A model generated the notes under the pieces. The model saw nothing but the letters and a program-made list of their open reading frames with translations, ran no database searches and had not been told where the DNA came from. The position numbers were made by a program, and so were the translations under genes. From a virus (lineage: Duplodnaviria > Caudoviricetes), in IMG/VR virus record IMGVR_UViG_3300044580_000088, positions 1-40,766 of that record: a stretch of DNA of 40,766 nt; one strand, 5' to 3'. This document shows positions 17,214-26,371 of the stretch, piece after piece; the first letter of the stretch is position 1, and each line of letters opens with the position of its first letter.

Positions 17214-17395
17214 CTGTGCCTCCAGACAATGCTCCCGATGTCGGCCTTACCTTCCCTGATGGCAGCGTCGCTTTCGCGGGTCGTTTCCGGAACGGCATCC
17301 GCAACGACGCCGGCCGGATGCTCTTCCGGCGGATGCGCCCGAGCGGACCTTTTCTTCGGCTTCTTTGCGGCGGATGCAGGCCTGGCCTTTGCCAT
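17210..17395 (-). CDS. Small basic hypothetical protein
   Basis: SD GAGGAAGG; ATGA overlap with the next gene. Confidence 0.6.
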   Translation of the reverse strand: MAKARPASAAKKPKKRSARAHPPEEHPAGVVADAVPETTRESDAAIREGKADIGSIVWRHR

Positions 17396-17416
17396 TTCCT
17401 TCCTCGCTGGAATGTG

Positions 17417-17440
17417 GGGGCGGCGGCGTACCGCCGCCCC
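17417..17440 (-). other. Perfect 10-bp GC hairpin after the capsid cluster (mRNA stabiliser/pause; no U-tract)
   Basis: GGGGCGGCGG-TACG-CCGCCGCCCC on the minus strand. Confidence 0.6.
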
Positions 17441-17465
17441 TCGGTTCGGCTAGACAGTTGACATC

Positions 17466-18458
17466 TTACACGACCCGGATCAGACCCGCCGTGTCGGCCG
17501 CCGGCGTCGGGGAGGCGATCACGCAGATCTTGTCCCGGTCATCCACGTCCCACTTTCCGGCGCCGGACGCATTGTCGTTGACCGCATAGCAGTTGTCGAG
17601 AATGATCAGGCCCTGAGTGAGATCCGCGGCCAGCTTGAACACGCCGCCGGCCGTGATGCCGTAGTTGGTTGCCGTGTGAATGAATCCGCAACGGGTGAAC
17701 AGAATGAACTCGTCGATGGCCGTTGCGTCAGCGAGCTTCACGAGCGGATGGTTCGTCGCATGTTCGATGCGCCGGTAGATCTTGCATTCGTAAAACTCGC
17801 AGTTCTTCGCGCCGCCGTCGATCAGGATCTCCGAATTGGCTGCCGTGCCAGCATCAATCGTGTTGAGGCCGATGTAGCACCGCTCGAACAGGCACTCTTG
17901 TGCCCCGTCGAGCATGAGGGAGTAAGCGCCGGCCGCATCGTTGGTGTCGTGGCCGATCCCGGCGATGTGGCAATCCTTGAAGACGTTGCGGCTGCCGGTC
18001 ACCTTGACCGCTCCGATCATGTTGGCATCGTCGATGCCGCTGTAAAACCCGATGTTGTAGATCAGGCAGTTGTCCGCCGACAGGGTGAACAGCGGGATGT
18101 CGGAGGACGACGCCGCCGTGGAATCCCAGGCGATTCTCGACCGCTTGGACATGGGCGCAGGGGCCCCGACGCCGATCAGGTGTACGAGGTCCTTGTTCCA
18201 GTCCAGCGTCGTGGTCTGGTAGTCCGTCGTGTAGGTCCCCGTGTTGGATTCGGCATACAGCAGGACGATGTCGTTCTGGTCCGCCGTGGCCAACGCGAGG
18301 GCCCTGGTCAGGGTCTTTACGGCCGTCTCGGGGGTTTTCCCGTCGTTGCCGTCCGAGCCCGAGTAGGGCTTGACATGCCAGACGTTCCCCTGGGTCGAGG
18401 GGAGGACAAGTCCTCCCAGGACGTTCCACGGCCCGATGGTGAGATTGCTCGTGCTCAT
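17466..18458 (-). CDS. Right-handed beta-helix (pectin-lyase-like) virion protein
   Basis: WHVKP...GNDGKTPETAVKTLTRAL...DIVLL start, then repeated FxxCxI coils; strong SD. Confidence 0.75.
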   Translation of the reverse strand: MSTSNLTIGPWNVLGGLVLPSTQGNVWHVKPYSGSDGNDGKTPETAVKTLTRALALATADQNDIVLLYAESNTGTYTTDYQTTTLDWNKDLVHLIGVGAPAPMSKRSRIAWDSTAASSSDIPLFTLSADNCLIYNIGFYSGIDDANMIGAVKVTGSRNVFKDCHIAGIGHDTNDAAGAYSLMLDGAQECLFERCYIGLNTIDAGTAANSEILIDGGAKNCEFYECKIYRRIEHATNHPLVKLADATAIDEFILFTRCGFIHTATNYGITAGGVFKLAADLTQGLIILDNCYAVNDNASGAGKWDVDDRDKICVIASPTPAADTAGLIRVV

Positions 18459-18473
18459 AGTGGAACCTCCTTT

Positions 18474-19400
18474 TTAGGCCGGGACGTTCCCGAACCAGTC
18501 TCGCTCGTCCGCGATTTCGGCCGACCATCTCTGGTCCGCCTTGCACATCCAGTCGCCGGTCTGGAAGTCCTGCTCGCGGCCGAACCTCGTTTTGCGGCGC
18601 CAGAAGAAGATGATCCCCCGGCCGTCGAGCTGGAGGTACCACGCATCCGTGTCCGTCAGGTGCGGCCAGGACTTCAGTCCGATGTTGCGGCCGCTCTTGG
18701 CGTAGGCGTTGATGGCGCGGTTCGCCGTGTCCGGGCGGTCCGGGCTCTGGAGAATCTCCCTCGCCTGCTTCTCGAGCTGCGGGGGGAACCAGAGGTTCTT
18801 GATCTTCTTCTTGATCTTGTACTGCCGATGGTTGAACTGGTTTTCGGCAGCCACCACGGCGGCCCAGAAGCTCGAATAGGTGAGATCCGAGGCCGTCAGC
18901 TTGTTGGAGAAGGTCGAGCTGTCGAGACGCGGATGGTCCGTGGCGAACAGCGCCTTGGACTCCCTCGTCGTGTGGTAGGTGGTCGAGGTCCCGTAGACGA
19001 GGAACCGGGCCATCTGGCTCTCGATGTTCTCGCTCATCGCCTCGCCAAGGTCGCGGAACATGGACGAAAGCTCGTCGGCATTCCCGCCACCACGGAGGTC
19101 GTAGAGGTTGTCGTCGATGGCCTCTTCCGTGAGTCTCACGGCGAGGGCCCACACGCTATGCACCCAGGTCTGCTTGCCGCCCTCGATCTGGGTGTCGTAG
19201 GTGATGGATGCTCCCTCCCCCTTCCTGACCGGCAGGCCGAGGCCGGAACGGATGGAGTCCTCTTCCTTCTTCTTGGCGGATGTCTTGATGGTACACATGT
19301 CCTCCCACATGGACTCCGCCCTGCTGGTGATGTAGGAATCAACGGCGAGGGCGAAGAGGCCAGGGACGTACTCGTTCAAGAATTTCGATCTGGTCCACAT
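18474..19400 (-). CDS. Major capsid protein, Mu gpT-like HK97 fold
   Basis: KGEGASITYD, LTEEAIDDNLY, LFATDHP, LWFPPQLE, WPHLTDTDAWYL motifs. Confidence 0.9.
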   Translation of the reverse strand: MWTRSKFLNEYVPGLFALAVDSYITSRAESMWEDMCTIKTSAKKKEEDSIRSGLGLPVRKGEGASITYDTQIEGGKQTWVHSVWALAVRLTEEAIDDNLYDLRGGGNADELSSMFRDLGEAMSENIESQMARFLVYGTSTTYHTTRESKALFATDHPRLDSSTFSNKLTASDLTYSSFWAAVVAAENQFNHRQYKIKKKIKNLWFPPQLEKQAREILQSPDRPDTANRAINAYAKSGRNIGLKSWPHLTDTDAWYLQLDGRGIIFFWRRKTRFGREQDFQTGDWMCKADQRWSAEIADERDWFGNVPA

Positions 19401-19415
19401 AGCTCTTGTCCTCCT

Positions 19416-20012
19416 TTAAATTGCCGTTGCGCTAGACTTGAAGTGCGCGTTGGGGTTGGGCATGACGATCCAGCGGCAGTAGGCGCTGCCGACCGTGTCG
19501 TCCTTGTAGCTCTGCACGATACGCAGGGCCAGGGTGTTGGTCGTGTTGACGCTGTCGGAGTCGATCTCCTGCTTGCTGCGTCCCGTGGTCGTCGACCCGG
19601 AATGCGTGGAGATCATCGCCACGTTGAGGCCGACGGAGGCCGCCGCGATGGGCGTGCCGGCCCCGTCTTCCTGCACGAGGTAGGTCTGCAGCGGGTGATC
19701 GGCCACGAGAACGTAGCCGGCCACAACGCCGTCGCCGGTCGTCGAGGCGGGCAGGTACTTGATCGGATCCCCGTTGGAGTCGAGGACCGCCAGGACCGCA
19801 CCCAGCTCGTCGCCGGCCGCGCCGGTTGCATCGATTTCGACGCCGAGACGCGTGTCGCCGTCGAAAATCTTGCAGACCAGGCCAGTGTTGGTGATCTCGA
19901 CCCAGTCTCCCACAAAAATCGCCGTCCCGTAGGCAGTCGCCACCGGATACCAGTTGGCTCCGAGCAACTGCCCGTAGGGGATGAACCCGAAGGGGGCGTC
20001 GGTGTTTGCCAT
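19416..20012 (-). CDS. Capsid decoration/cement protein
   Basis: MANTDAPFGFIP...AIFVGD...GSTTTGRSKQEID; immediately upstream of the MCP. Confidence 0.7.
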   Translation of the reverse strand: MANTDAPFGFIPYGQLLGANWYPVATAYGTAIFVGDWVEITNTGLVCKIFDGDTRLGVEIDATGAAGDELGAVLAVLDSNGDPIKYLPASTTGDGVVAGYVLVADHPLQTYLVQEDGAGTPIAAASVGLNVAMISTHSGSTTTGRSKQEIDSDSVNTTNTLALRIVQSYKDDTVGSAYCRWIVMPNPNAHFKSSATAI

Positions 20013-20025
20013 GATGCGTTACTCC

Positions 20026-20697
20026 TTAGTCAGCAATGATGTCGTGGTCGCCTCCCGCGCTCGAATCGATCAGGCCGCTGTCGTCGAAATCCCTCCCTTC
20101 GACGAGCAGCGGGGCGCTCCTGATCTCGGCCCGAAGGGGCTTGGGGGCCTCTTCGGTACGAGTGCCGCCAGTCCATTCGTAACTGTCCTTCTTTCCGTCC
20201 GACTGGCCGTCTTTCGCCTTGATCGTGCTTGCCGTTCCCATTTCGGCCAACTGCAGCTTTGCGTTTTGCTCGACCATGAAATGGCTCCACGGCTTGCAGA
20301 CGAGGATCAGGTCCAGGCGCACGACGGCGCCCAGGATCGGATCGACGTACTTTGCGAGAAACGGGGTCGTGGTCCGGTTGCAGATCCACCATTTGAGCGG
20401 GGGGGAGGCGTTACGCACCTGATCGATCCGCTCCGGGGTCCTGCGGATCCACCGGAAAGCCAGACGCTTTTCTCTCTGCTCTTTGAGAGCAGGCTCGGGG
20501 AGCTTCAGCGGGTCTTCCGCCAGGGAGAAATCCACCATTCCCTCTTCGCCGTGGTCCAGGATCGGGCCCTCGGCGGCTACTCGTCTCGCGATGGCCAGCT
20601 CCTCGGGCGTGAGCTGGGAGCTGTCCACCGGTTGGACGGGAACCTGATCCGCAACGGGATCGGTTTGTTTTGCAACTGCCGCTTTTTTCGTTCTCAT
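20026..20697 (-). CDS. Head-region hypothetical protein
   Basis: 223 aa; FRWIR and DLILV motifs; between scaffold and decoration genes. Confidence 0.7.
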   Translation of the reverse strand: MRTKKAAVAKQTDPVADQVPVQPVDSSQLTPEELAIARRVAAEGPILDHGEEGMVDFSLAEDPLKLPEPALKEQREKRLAFRWIRRTPERIDQVRNASPPLKWWICNRTTTPFLAKYVDPILGAVVRLDLILVCKPWSHFMVEQNAKLQLAEMGTASTIKAKDGQSDGKKDSYEWTGGTRTEEAPKPLRAEIRSAPLLVEGRDFDDSGLIDSSAGGDHDIIAD

Positions 20698-20700
20698 GTC

Positions 20701-21621
20701 TTATCCCTCCACGGTTACTGAACGGGTCTTGGCGTTCTTGAGGATCCGCTGGTAGATCTCCTGTCCCTGCTTGGACAGTCCGATCCGCTTCGCAACGTCC
20801 CTCACCTCGGGGCTCGCGGGCTCCGTGTGCCGATCATCCGCATCAACCTTGTGGGTCTTGCCCTTCGGCAGATTGATTGCGTTGATCTTTTCTCTTCTGC
20901 GATCCATCGGTTTTCCTCCTCCTTGGGCTTCCTTCTTCCCCATCTCGTAGGCCGCCTTGACGGTGTTCGGCAGGCTCAGGAGGTTGTTGAGCCCGAGGGC
21001 GAGGATGTCACCGAAGGGGTGATCTGCCAGCATGAGCTCCTGTTTTGCCTTGTCCACGCCAAGACGAAGCTGCGATCCTTCGACTCCAAGCTCTGGGAAG
21101 TTTGATGACAGGTAGTCATCGACTTCTTTTTTCTTGGAGACGAGCTCGACCTGGTCCACGGCCTTTGCCTGTGCGCTGCGGGCCGTTTCGTCAGCCATGT
21201 AGCTGAGGATGTTGAACAAAACGTCCGGATCGTCACGATGCTCCGTCCACAGTTCCTTGAGCTGGGCCTTCGTGAAGGCCGGTTCCCCGCCCTTCTCGGC
21301 CGCCTTCTTCTTCGACTGCCGCTCCTCGTGGAGAGCCTTGTTCAGGTTGTTGATGTGCTCCTGGGCCCTGGCGAGCTGTGCCGCAAGCGCTTCGGGGTCC
21401 AGGTCCTTGTCCTTGCCGGCCTGGGCATCTTTCTTGCCCTTCTCGCCGGCGCCGCCGTCGTCTCCGCCTTCATCGTCCCCCTCGAGGGACACGACGGAGA
21501 GCAGGTCGCCTTCATCGTCCCCCTCGAGGGACACGACGGAGAGCAGATCTCCATCATCATCTCCGGATACGCCGGAGTCGTTTTCGTTGAGGAGATCCCG
21601 TTCATCTTCTGGCATGATCAT
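20701..21621 (-). CDS. Scaffolding protein
   Basis: Acidic N-terminus, coiled coil (ALHEERQSKK), C-terminal VAKRIGLS...Y; between portal and MCP. Confidence 0.75.
   Translation of the reverse strand: MIMPEDERDLLNENDSGVSGDDDGDLLSVVSLEGDDEGDLLSVVSLEGDDEGGDDGGAGEKGKKDAQAGKDKDLDPEALAAQLARAQEHINNLNKALHEERQSKKKAAEKGGEPAFTKAQLKELWTEHRDDPDVLFNILSYMADETARSAQAKAVDQVELVSKKKEVDDYLSSNFPELGVEGSQLRLGVDKAKQELMLADHPFGDILALGLNNLLSLPNTVKAAYEMGKKEAQGGGKPMDRRREKINAINLPKGKTHKVDADDRHTEPASPEVRDVAKRIGLSKQGQEIYQRILKNAKTRSVTVEG
21465..21546. repeat. 42-bp in-frame tandem duplication
   Basis: CGCCTTCATCGTCCCCCTCGAGGGACACGACGGAGAGCAG occurs twice, encoding DLLSVVSLEGDDEG x2. Confidence 0.95.
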
Positions 21622-21932
21622 TCTCCTTTCTCTTGTTTACTCGGCATTGCTGCCGGCTGTTCACTATCAAACATGGCTCGCCGCAGGAGCTTTAACTCCA
21701 TGGCGGAGAATGAGGCCTTGACGAGGGCCTCGGCCCGTTCTTTTGCCTCCGGGGTAGCTGCCATGGTATGCGGGAGCAAGATGATACGCCGCAGCATCTC
21801 GACGGCCCCCCGGATATAGTCTGGCGAGAACTCGCCGCCCCAGATCTCCCGGAGCATGGCGATTCCCGCCTCGATCTCGAGCTCCCTGTACGGAGCCCAT
21901 CCGGGCTCGAAAAGGATGTCCTGCCTGGTCAT
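21618..21932 (-). CDS. Hypothetical protein after portal
   Basis: ATGA-coupled at both ends. Confidence 0.7.
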   Translation of the reverse strand: MTRQDILFEPGWAPYRELEIEAGIAMLREIWGGEFSPDYIRGAVEMLRRIILLPHTMAATPEAKERAEALVKASFSAMELKLLRRAMFDSEQPAAMPSKQEKGE

Positions 21933-23818
21933 GCCGCCTCCTGCCCGACCCCTTCGACGAGCCGCTGGGTTTCAGCTTTCGTCTGCATGTACTGCTGGAT
22001 CACCTGAACAACTTCCGGGGCCTGCTTCAGGGCTTCCAGGATCATATTCACTGCGGGGTTGATGTAGCGCTCGAGCTCCGTGCGGTTGTAGCTCTTCAGC
22101 AGGTCCTTGAGCAGCTCGGGCCCGTTGGCCAGCGGATCGTTGCGTAGCAGCCCGTAGAGATCTTCGTTCTCCTTGCGCTCGATGAGCCTATTGGCCTGTT
22201 CCGTGGATCCCGCGAGGATGAACTTCCAGCCGGACCGCATCGTTTTGCGGGAAAGCTGCACCGTCCGGCCGGACCAGGTGAAGGTCTTGTCCAGGGGCAT
22301 GTGCTGGTAGTAATGCTCGTAGAGGCCGCGGATCAGCTCCACGAACTCGTCCTTGATCGTGGTGCTCTGGTAGTTGAATTTGATGTTGCCCTCTTGGATC
22401 GTCTGGAGGACCTCGGTGGCCGTGTTGCCCTTCTGCGAGAGACGGCCGATCTGTAGGTCGCCAATGTTGCCCACGCGCTCCCAGAGGGTGAACAGGGTCT
22501 GAATTACCGGGATGAGCTCGGCGGGGCTGAACTGGAACTTCGGAAACTCGATGCCCTTGACGGAATCGACCTTGATGCCGGCGCCGGGGTAGATCCGCTT
22601 CTCGCCGCTCACGCCCGTCTTCTCCTCGTAGAAGAACCACGGCACGGCCACGACATAGGCAATATTCACCAGGAGATTGAACAGGTCGGTCGCGCCCTCC
22701 TGGATCGCCTTCATTTTGCTGTAAAGCGGCTTGCCGCAGCTCAGGCCGTCTTCCGGGAAAAGCCGGAGCCGCTTGATGATCGATTTGTTTGGGAAGTGAA
22801 TGTCGCGTTGCAGGACGTAGCGGACCACCTTACGCGACTGCACGGCAATGGTGACCAGTATCCGCTCTTCCCGGAAGTCGCGCTGCTTGCCCTCGTCGGC
22901 CTCATGCTGGTCCTGGTAGATCGGATAGGAAATGTGGCATTCGATGAGATCCAGGACCTCTTTCCCGGTTACCGTGGCGTCATAGAGCTCCTCGTTTGCC
23001 CCGTCTTTCTGCGCGGGGGCCGCATCGCCGTCTTTCTGCAGATGGCTCAGGAGCCAGGGACCGATGTCCATCCAGCCGGAATCAGCCTCGTCCTTGAGCT
23101 TCCAGAGGTCCGCGTAGGTCATTTCCATTTCGCGGATCTTGTCGCAGGCGTTCCATTCCTGGATTGTGCCGACGTTGTCCGGGAAATAGAGTTTTTCGAA
23201 AGGAACCAGCTCCACATGCCCACCCTCGAAGACGGGCTCCGTGACGTCCTCAATGACTGGCTCCCCGTCATTGATGATGATGTTGCCTGCCTCGTCGAAG
23301 ACGAAGTCACTTCGAGTCTCGCTCTCGACGGCATAGCTCGGCATGGGAAACACCGTCCCCTCCAGGAGCAGCTTGTGGACCGCCCTGCGGCCAAACTCAT
23401 CGATGCCGACCGTGTGCTTGAGTTCCCTGTGCCACCAGTCCTCGTACATGCGGATGATGTCGTCCTTCTGGGTCGTCTCCGGGGGCTGGAATGACACGAT
23501 GGGCTCGCGGCCCATGAGCGCCGCAACGATGCGGGGCTCGAGGTTGTCCAGCGTGATCGCGTATAGCGGCAGCACGAGGTTGGAGGCGTCCGGCCAGGGG
23601 AAGTCCGTCTTCTGCGAGATCTGGTCGTAGACGCGACGCGACTCTAGGATCTCCTTCTTCACCTTCTCGCGGTACTTCGATTTCTTGAAGAGCTCGTACA
23701 GGTCCATGCAGTGCTTGATCAGCTTCTCGAAATCGGGGCGATCCGGTGGCGTCTCCTGCAGTTGCTGGTCCTCTCCGGGGATGAGCTCCTCGGGTGTCTG
23801 GTAGATGATTTCAGGCAC
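21929..23818 (-). CDS. Portal protein
   Basis: 629 aa; KTDFPWPDASNLVLP, KRIYPGAGIKV, TATEV motifs. Confidence 0.9.
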   Translation of the reverse strand: MPEIIYQTPEELIPGEDQQLQETPPDRPDFEKLIKHCMDLYELFKKSKYREKVKKEILESRRVYDQISQKTDFPWPDASNLVLPLYAITLDNLEPRIVAALMGREPIVSFQPPETTQKDDIIRMYEDWWHRELKHTVGIDEFGRRAVHKLLLEGTVFPMPSYAVESETRSDFVFDEAGNIIINDGEPVIEDVTEPVFEGGHVELVPFEKLYFPDNVGTIQEWNACDKIREMEMTYADLWKLKDEADSGWMDIGPWLLSHLQKDGDAAPAQKDGANEELYDATVTGKEVLDLIECHISYPIYQDQHEADEGKQRDFREERILVTIAVQSRKVVRYVLQRDIHFPNKSIIKRLRLFPEDGLSCGKPLYSKMKAIQEGATDLFNLLVNIAYVVAVPWFFYEEKTGVSGEKRIYPGAGIKVDSVKGIEFPKFQFSPAELIPVIQTLFTLWERVGNIGDLQIGRLSQKGNTATEVLQTIQEGNIKFNYQSTTIKDEFVELIRGLYEHYYQHMPLDKTFTWSGRTVQLSRKTMRSGWKFILAGSTEQANRLIERKENEDLYGLLRNDPLANGPELLKDLLKSYNRTELERYINPAVNMILEALKQAPEVVQVIQQYMQTKAETQRLVEGVGQEAA

Positions 23819-24026
23819 CGTAGGCCTCCATGTACTTGTCGAAAGGCATGACGTTTTTCAGCGGCTGGCGCTTGGCCTGGACCCCGTCGATGGCCGGCAA
23901 CTGCCTGCCGTCCAGTACCGTATGGACCCACTTGCCGCCCTTCAGCACCGAGAGGACATAGGTCCGCTGGTATCTCGCGTGCATTTCGCGGATCTGCTCC
24001 AGGGTGAACTTCTTGCCGGACATCAC
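23811..24026 (-). CDS. Hypothetical protein
   Basis: Overlap-coupled ORF, 71 aa. Confidence 0.6.
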   Translation of the reverse strand: MMSGKKFTLEQIREMHARYQRTYVLSVLKGGKWVHTVLDGRQLPAIDGVQAKRQPLKNVMPFDKYMEAYGA

Positions 24027-24256
24027 TGGGCTCCTTTCAGCCGCGCCAGGATTGCCTCGAGCCTGTCGAGAACCGCGGCGTCGGGCTTGTTGGTGAAGAA
24101 GTCCCGGAAGATCCCGAGCCCCAGGTACGCGACGGCCACGAGCTGCACGATCTTCATCTGGTATGCCGGATCGATCTCCGGCAGCCCGAACACGGCCAGC
24201 AGGGCTGAGATGTTCTTCACGGTTCCGATCAGGGTGACCTTGGTGTCGTTGTCCAT
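24023..24256 (-). CDS. Putative holin (two hydrophobic segments)
   Basis: DTKVTLIGTV...LGIFRDFFTNK; SD GAGGAGG; lysis cluster. Confidence 0.6.
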   Translation of the reverse strand: MDNDTKVTLIGTVKNISALLAVFGLPEIDPAYQMKIVQLVAVAYLGLGIFRDFFTNKPDAAVLDRLEAILARLKGAQ

Positions 24257-24266
24257 CGCCTCCTCC

Positions 24267-24713
24267 TCAAAAAATCGTTTGTTCTATTGGGTCCTCCATG
24301 ACCCCGCGGTTCTTGTCGCGGATGACCTTGCGCCAGACCGTCCAGCCGAACAGCCTGACGCCTGCCCACATCAGAAACGCCCTCCACCGAGGCACTCCGC
24401 AATCGATCAGGGCCCGCAGGAAGACGCCGTCTGCGTCTGCCCTGGTAATGCCCGCTGGCTGCAGGGTGTAAAGCATGTCGTGAACCGTGGCGGCCGCGTC
24501 CCCCAGATCGGCGGCCAGCCAGTATGCGAGCGGGATCCGAAACACGAACCGGCCGGCGCAGATGTAGAGGGTGGCGAAATTCGTCCTGAACCCCTCCGGC
24601 ACCACGAAGAGCTCCTCGAGGCCTTCGTCGAAATAGCGCAGCTCGGAATCCAGGCGCCAAAGGTTGCGCCTTTCGTCGAGCTTCGTCGAATTCAGTTGCG
24701 TCAGCCAGCCCAC
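24267..24713 (-). CDS. DUF1353 family protein
   Basis: VPEGFRTNFAT, AATVHDMLY, RADADGVF, MWAGVRLFG; GTG start after AGGAGG. Confidence 0.85.
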   Translation of the reverse strand: MGWLTQLNSTKLDERRNLWRLDSELRYFDEGLEELFVVPEGFRTNFATLYICAGRFVFRIPLAYWLAADLGDAAATVHDMLYTLQPAGITRADADGVFLRALIDCGVPRWRAFLMWAGVRLFGWTVWRKVIRDKNRGVMEDPIEQTIF

Positions 24714-24787
24714 CGCGGCCTCCTGGTGGAGGGGAGGGGAGGCTGCGGACTCCCCCTCCCTGGGGGATGAATGAGGAGGTAGGGGAT

Positions 24788-24949
24788 CTATCCGAGGGCC
24801 TTCTTGGCCGCTTCGTATTCCTCCCTGGTCTTCCGGAAGCACTCCTCGACTTCTTCCGGCTTCATGCCGGCCTGTTCGGCCAGGGTAAACGCGCCCGTGA
24901 TGACGAGCTTGAGCGCCGACGCGACGGCAAATGCGGTTACGGGATCCAT
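24788..24949 (-). CDS. Small amphipathic protein (53 aa)
   Basis: Not in the track. MDPVTAFAVASALKLVITG...KKALG; SD AAGGAGG. Confidence 0.7.
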   Translation of the reverse strand: MDPVTAFAVASALKLVITGAFTLAEQAGMKPEEVEECFRKTREEYEAAKKALG

Positions 24950-24965
24950 GTCTGGGCCTCCTTCC

Positions 24966-25310
24966 TTACTTCTCGAGCAGCAGCTTGTCGATCAGGGCGA
25001 CGATCTGGGATTCCATGGCCTCCGTGGGCTGCATACCCCCGTCGATGTAGCCGACATAGATGTCGATGGGGACGGCGGCCTGCCGCAGGAACTCCTTTTT
25101 CTTCTCGACGAGCGCCTTGAGCTCGGGAGACACGGCCTGTTTTTCCATGGCCAGAACGTCCGCGACCTGCTTGTTGTAGAGCTTCATCACCAGGATCGCC
25201 TTTTCCTTGGGCGTCATGTCGGCCGGATTCTTGAGCTGGGCGCCGGCGCAGCCGGCCACGAAGGCCACGGCCAAAAACAGCGCCATCATTGCGAACCGAT
25301 TCGTTTTCAC
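24966..25310 (-). CDS. Lipoprotein (possible lysis accessory)
   Basis: GTG start, signal peptide with lipobox VAG-C. Confidence 0.75.
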   Translation of the reverse strand: MKTNRFAMMALFLAVAFVAGCAGAQLKNPADMTPKEKAILVMKLYNKQVADVLAMEKQAVSPELKALVEKKKEFLRQAAVPIDIYVGYIDGGMQPTEAMESQIVALIDKLLLEK

Positions 25311-25330
25311 TTCTCCGCTCCTTTCGTTGT

Positions 25331-25437
25331 CCTGGGCAAAGAAAAAGGGCGACAGCGAGAAGGTGAGGCTCCTCACAGCCGCCCTAATTCTCATGCTCGC
25401 CCCCCTGGCTGGCCGACCAGGGGAGTAGCTGCCCGGT
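25331..25437 (-). ncRNA. Candidate multi-stem structured RNA/attenuator
   Basis: Closing stem plus two internal hairpins, the second followed by TTTTT. Confidence 0.45.
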
Positions 25438-25450
25438 TGTCAGAGATCAG

Positions 25451-25603
25451 TTAGTTGTCCCACCGGATCCGGTCGTAGCCGGCCCGGTATTCATCCGTCA
25501 CGGCCTTCTGCCCCTTGCAGAACAGGGATGTCTGCCTCTGGTCTTCCGGCCGCGCCTCCTTTGGCTTCTGCCACCTTCTGGACGATTTCCTTGACTTTTT
25601 CAT
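25451..25603 (-). CDS. Small basic protein (50 aa)
   Basis: Not in the track. MKKSRKSSRRW...TDEYRAGYDRIRWDN; SD GGAGG. Confidence 0.55.
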   Translation of the reverse strand: MKKSRKSSRRWQKPKEARPEDQRQTSLFCKGQKAVTDEYRAGYDRIRWDN

Positions 25604-25703
25604 AACACCACAGCCCTCCCGCTATGATTGTCACCACACAGAGCGCCAGGACCAGGATGACCGCGGCGCACAGCGCGTGCATGACGCAGACCTCGAACTT
25701 CAT
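25491..25703 (-). CDS. Small membrane protein
   Basis: N-terminal hydrophobic helix; overlaps the 25451-25603 ORF in another frame. Confidence 0.45.
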   Translation of the reverse strand: MKFEVCVMHALCAAVILVLALCVVTIIAGGLWCYEKVKEIVQKVAEAKGGAAGRPEADIPVLQGAEGRDG

Positions 25704-25706
25704 GGC

Positions 25707-25901
25707 CTACCCCCCTTGCCTTTTCTTCCCCTGCGCGGTCTCGTCGTCCGGGTGCGCCTGCCGCCAGAGCCCGTAGCACTTGCCCAGGCATTCGCGCAGG
25801 GGCTTGCCCGGCTCCTCCTGGCGCAGTACCTGGACGCACCGCTGGATGAATTGAGATCTCGTTTCGCCCTTCGTCGGTTTCGGCATCTTTATCTCCATCA
25901 T
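25707..25901 (-). CDS. Small phage protein
   Basis: MPKPTKGE...FIQRC...CYGLW pattern typical of small phage late proteins. Confidence 0.7.
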   Translation of the reverse strand: MMEIKMPKPTKGETRSQFIQRCVQVLRQEEPGKPLRECLGKCYGLWRQAHPDDETAQGKKRQGG

Positions 25902-26371
25902 ACGAGGAACACATGGTTCCCGATCACTTTCTCAACCGCCATGGATTTTGCCCACCGCGGACATTTTTTCGAGCGGTACAGGGCCCCCGTCATGTAATGC
26001 AGCGCCTCCGTGTTGCGCTTGATCTCGCCGGACAGGAGCTGCCAGGCAAGCCGCGCACACTGCCGCAATGCCTCGTTTCGCGTGCATTCGCCGTCGAATG
26101 TTGCCGCGATGCGGACCGCCTCGTCGTACTGGGGATCCTGCGCGGCCTGCGGCGGAGCGGAGTTCAGCCACGAGAACTGCGCCGGCCTGGTAATAACGCC
26201 GTGAATGCCTGAACCGTACATGCCGTTCCTATCGGCCCTATTGAGGACAACGGATCCGACGCCGATCTTGCCGGCCAAGGGTTCCCCGCGAGCCTCGAAA
26301 TAGATGCACAGGGCCAGGATCTTGTCCTCTGACAGGTCCATGAAATGATGCCGGTCTTCCGCCTTCATCAC
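25898..26371 (-). CDS. SleB/Hydrolase_2-family cell wall hydrolase (probable endolysin)
   Basis: IYFEARGE, VVLNR, QFSW and IGNHVF motifs. Confidence 0.9.
   Translation of the reverse strand: MMKAEDRHHFMDLSEDKILALCIYFEARGEPLAGKIGVGSVVLNRADRNGMYGSGIHGVITRPAQFSWLNSAPPQAAQDPQYDEAVRIAATFDGECTRNEALRQCARLAWQLLSGEIKRNTEALHYMTGALYRSKKCPRWAKSMAVEKVIGNHVFLV

Noticed and set aside
18459-19415. Decoration, MCP and beta-helix genes in one frame (possible readthrough capsid extension)
   Set aside because: The stops are TAA, each followed by a strong AGGAGG, so independent initiation explains it
17676-20039. 787-aa plus-strand ORF
   Set aside because: Codon-register antisense shadow of three in-frame GC-rich capsid genes; no motifs of its own
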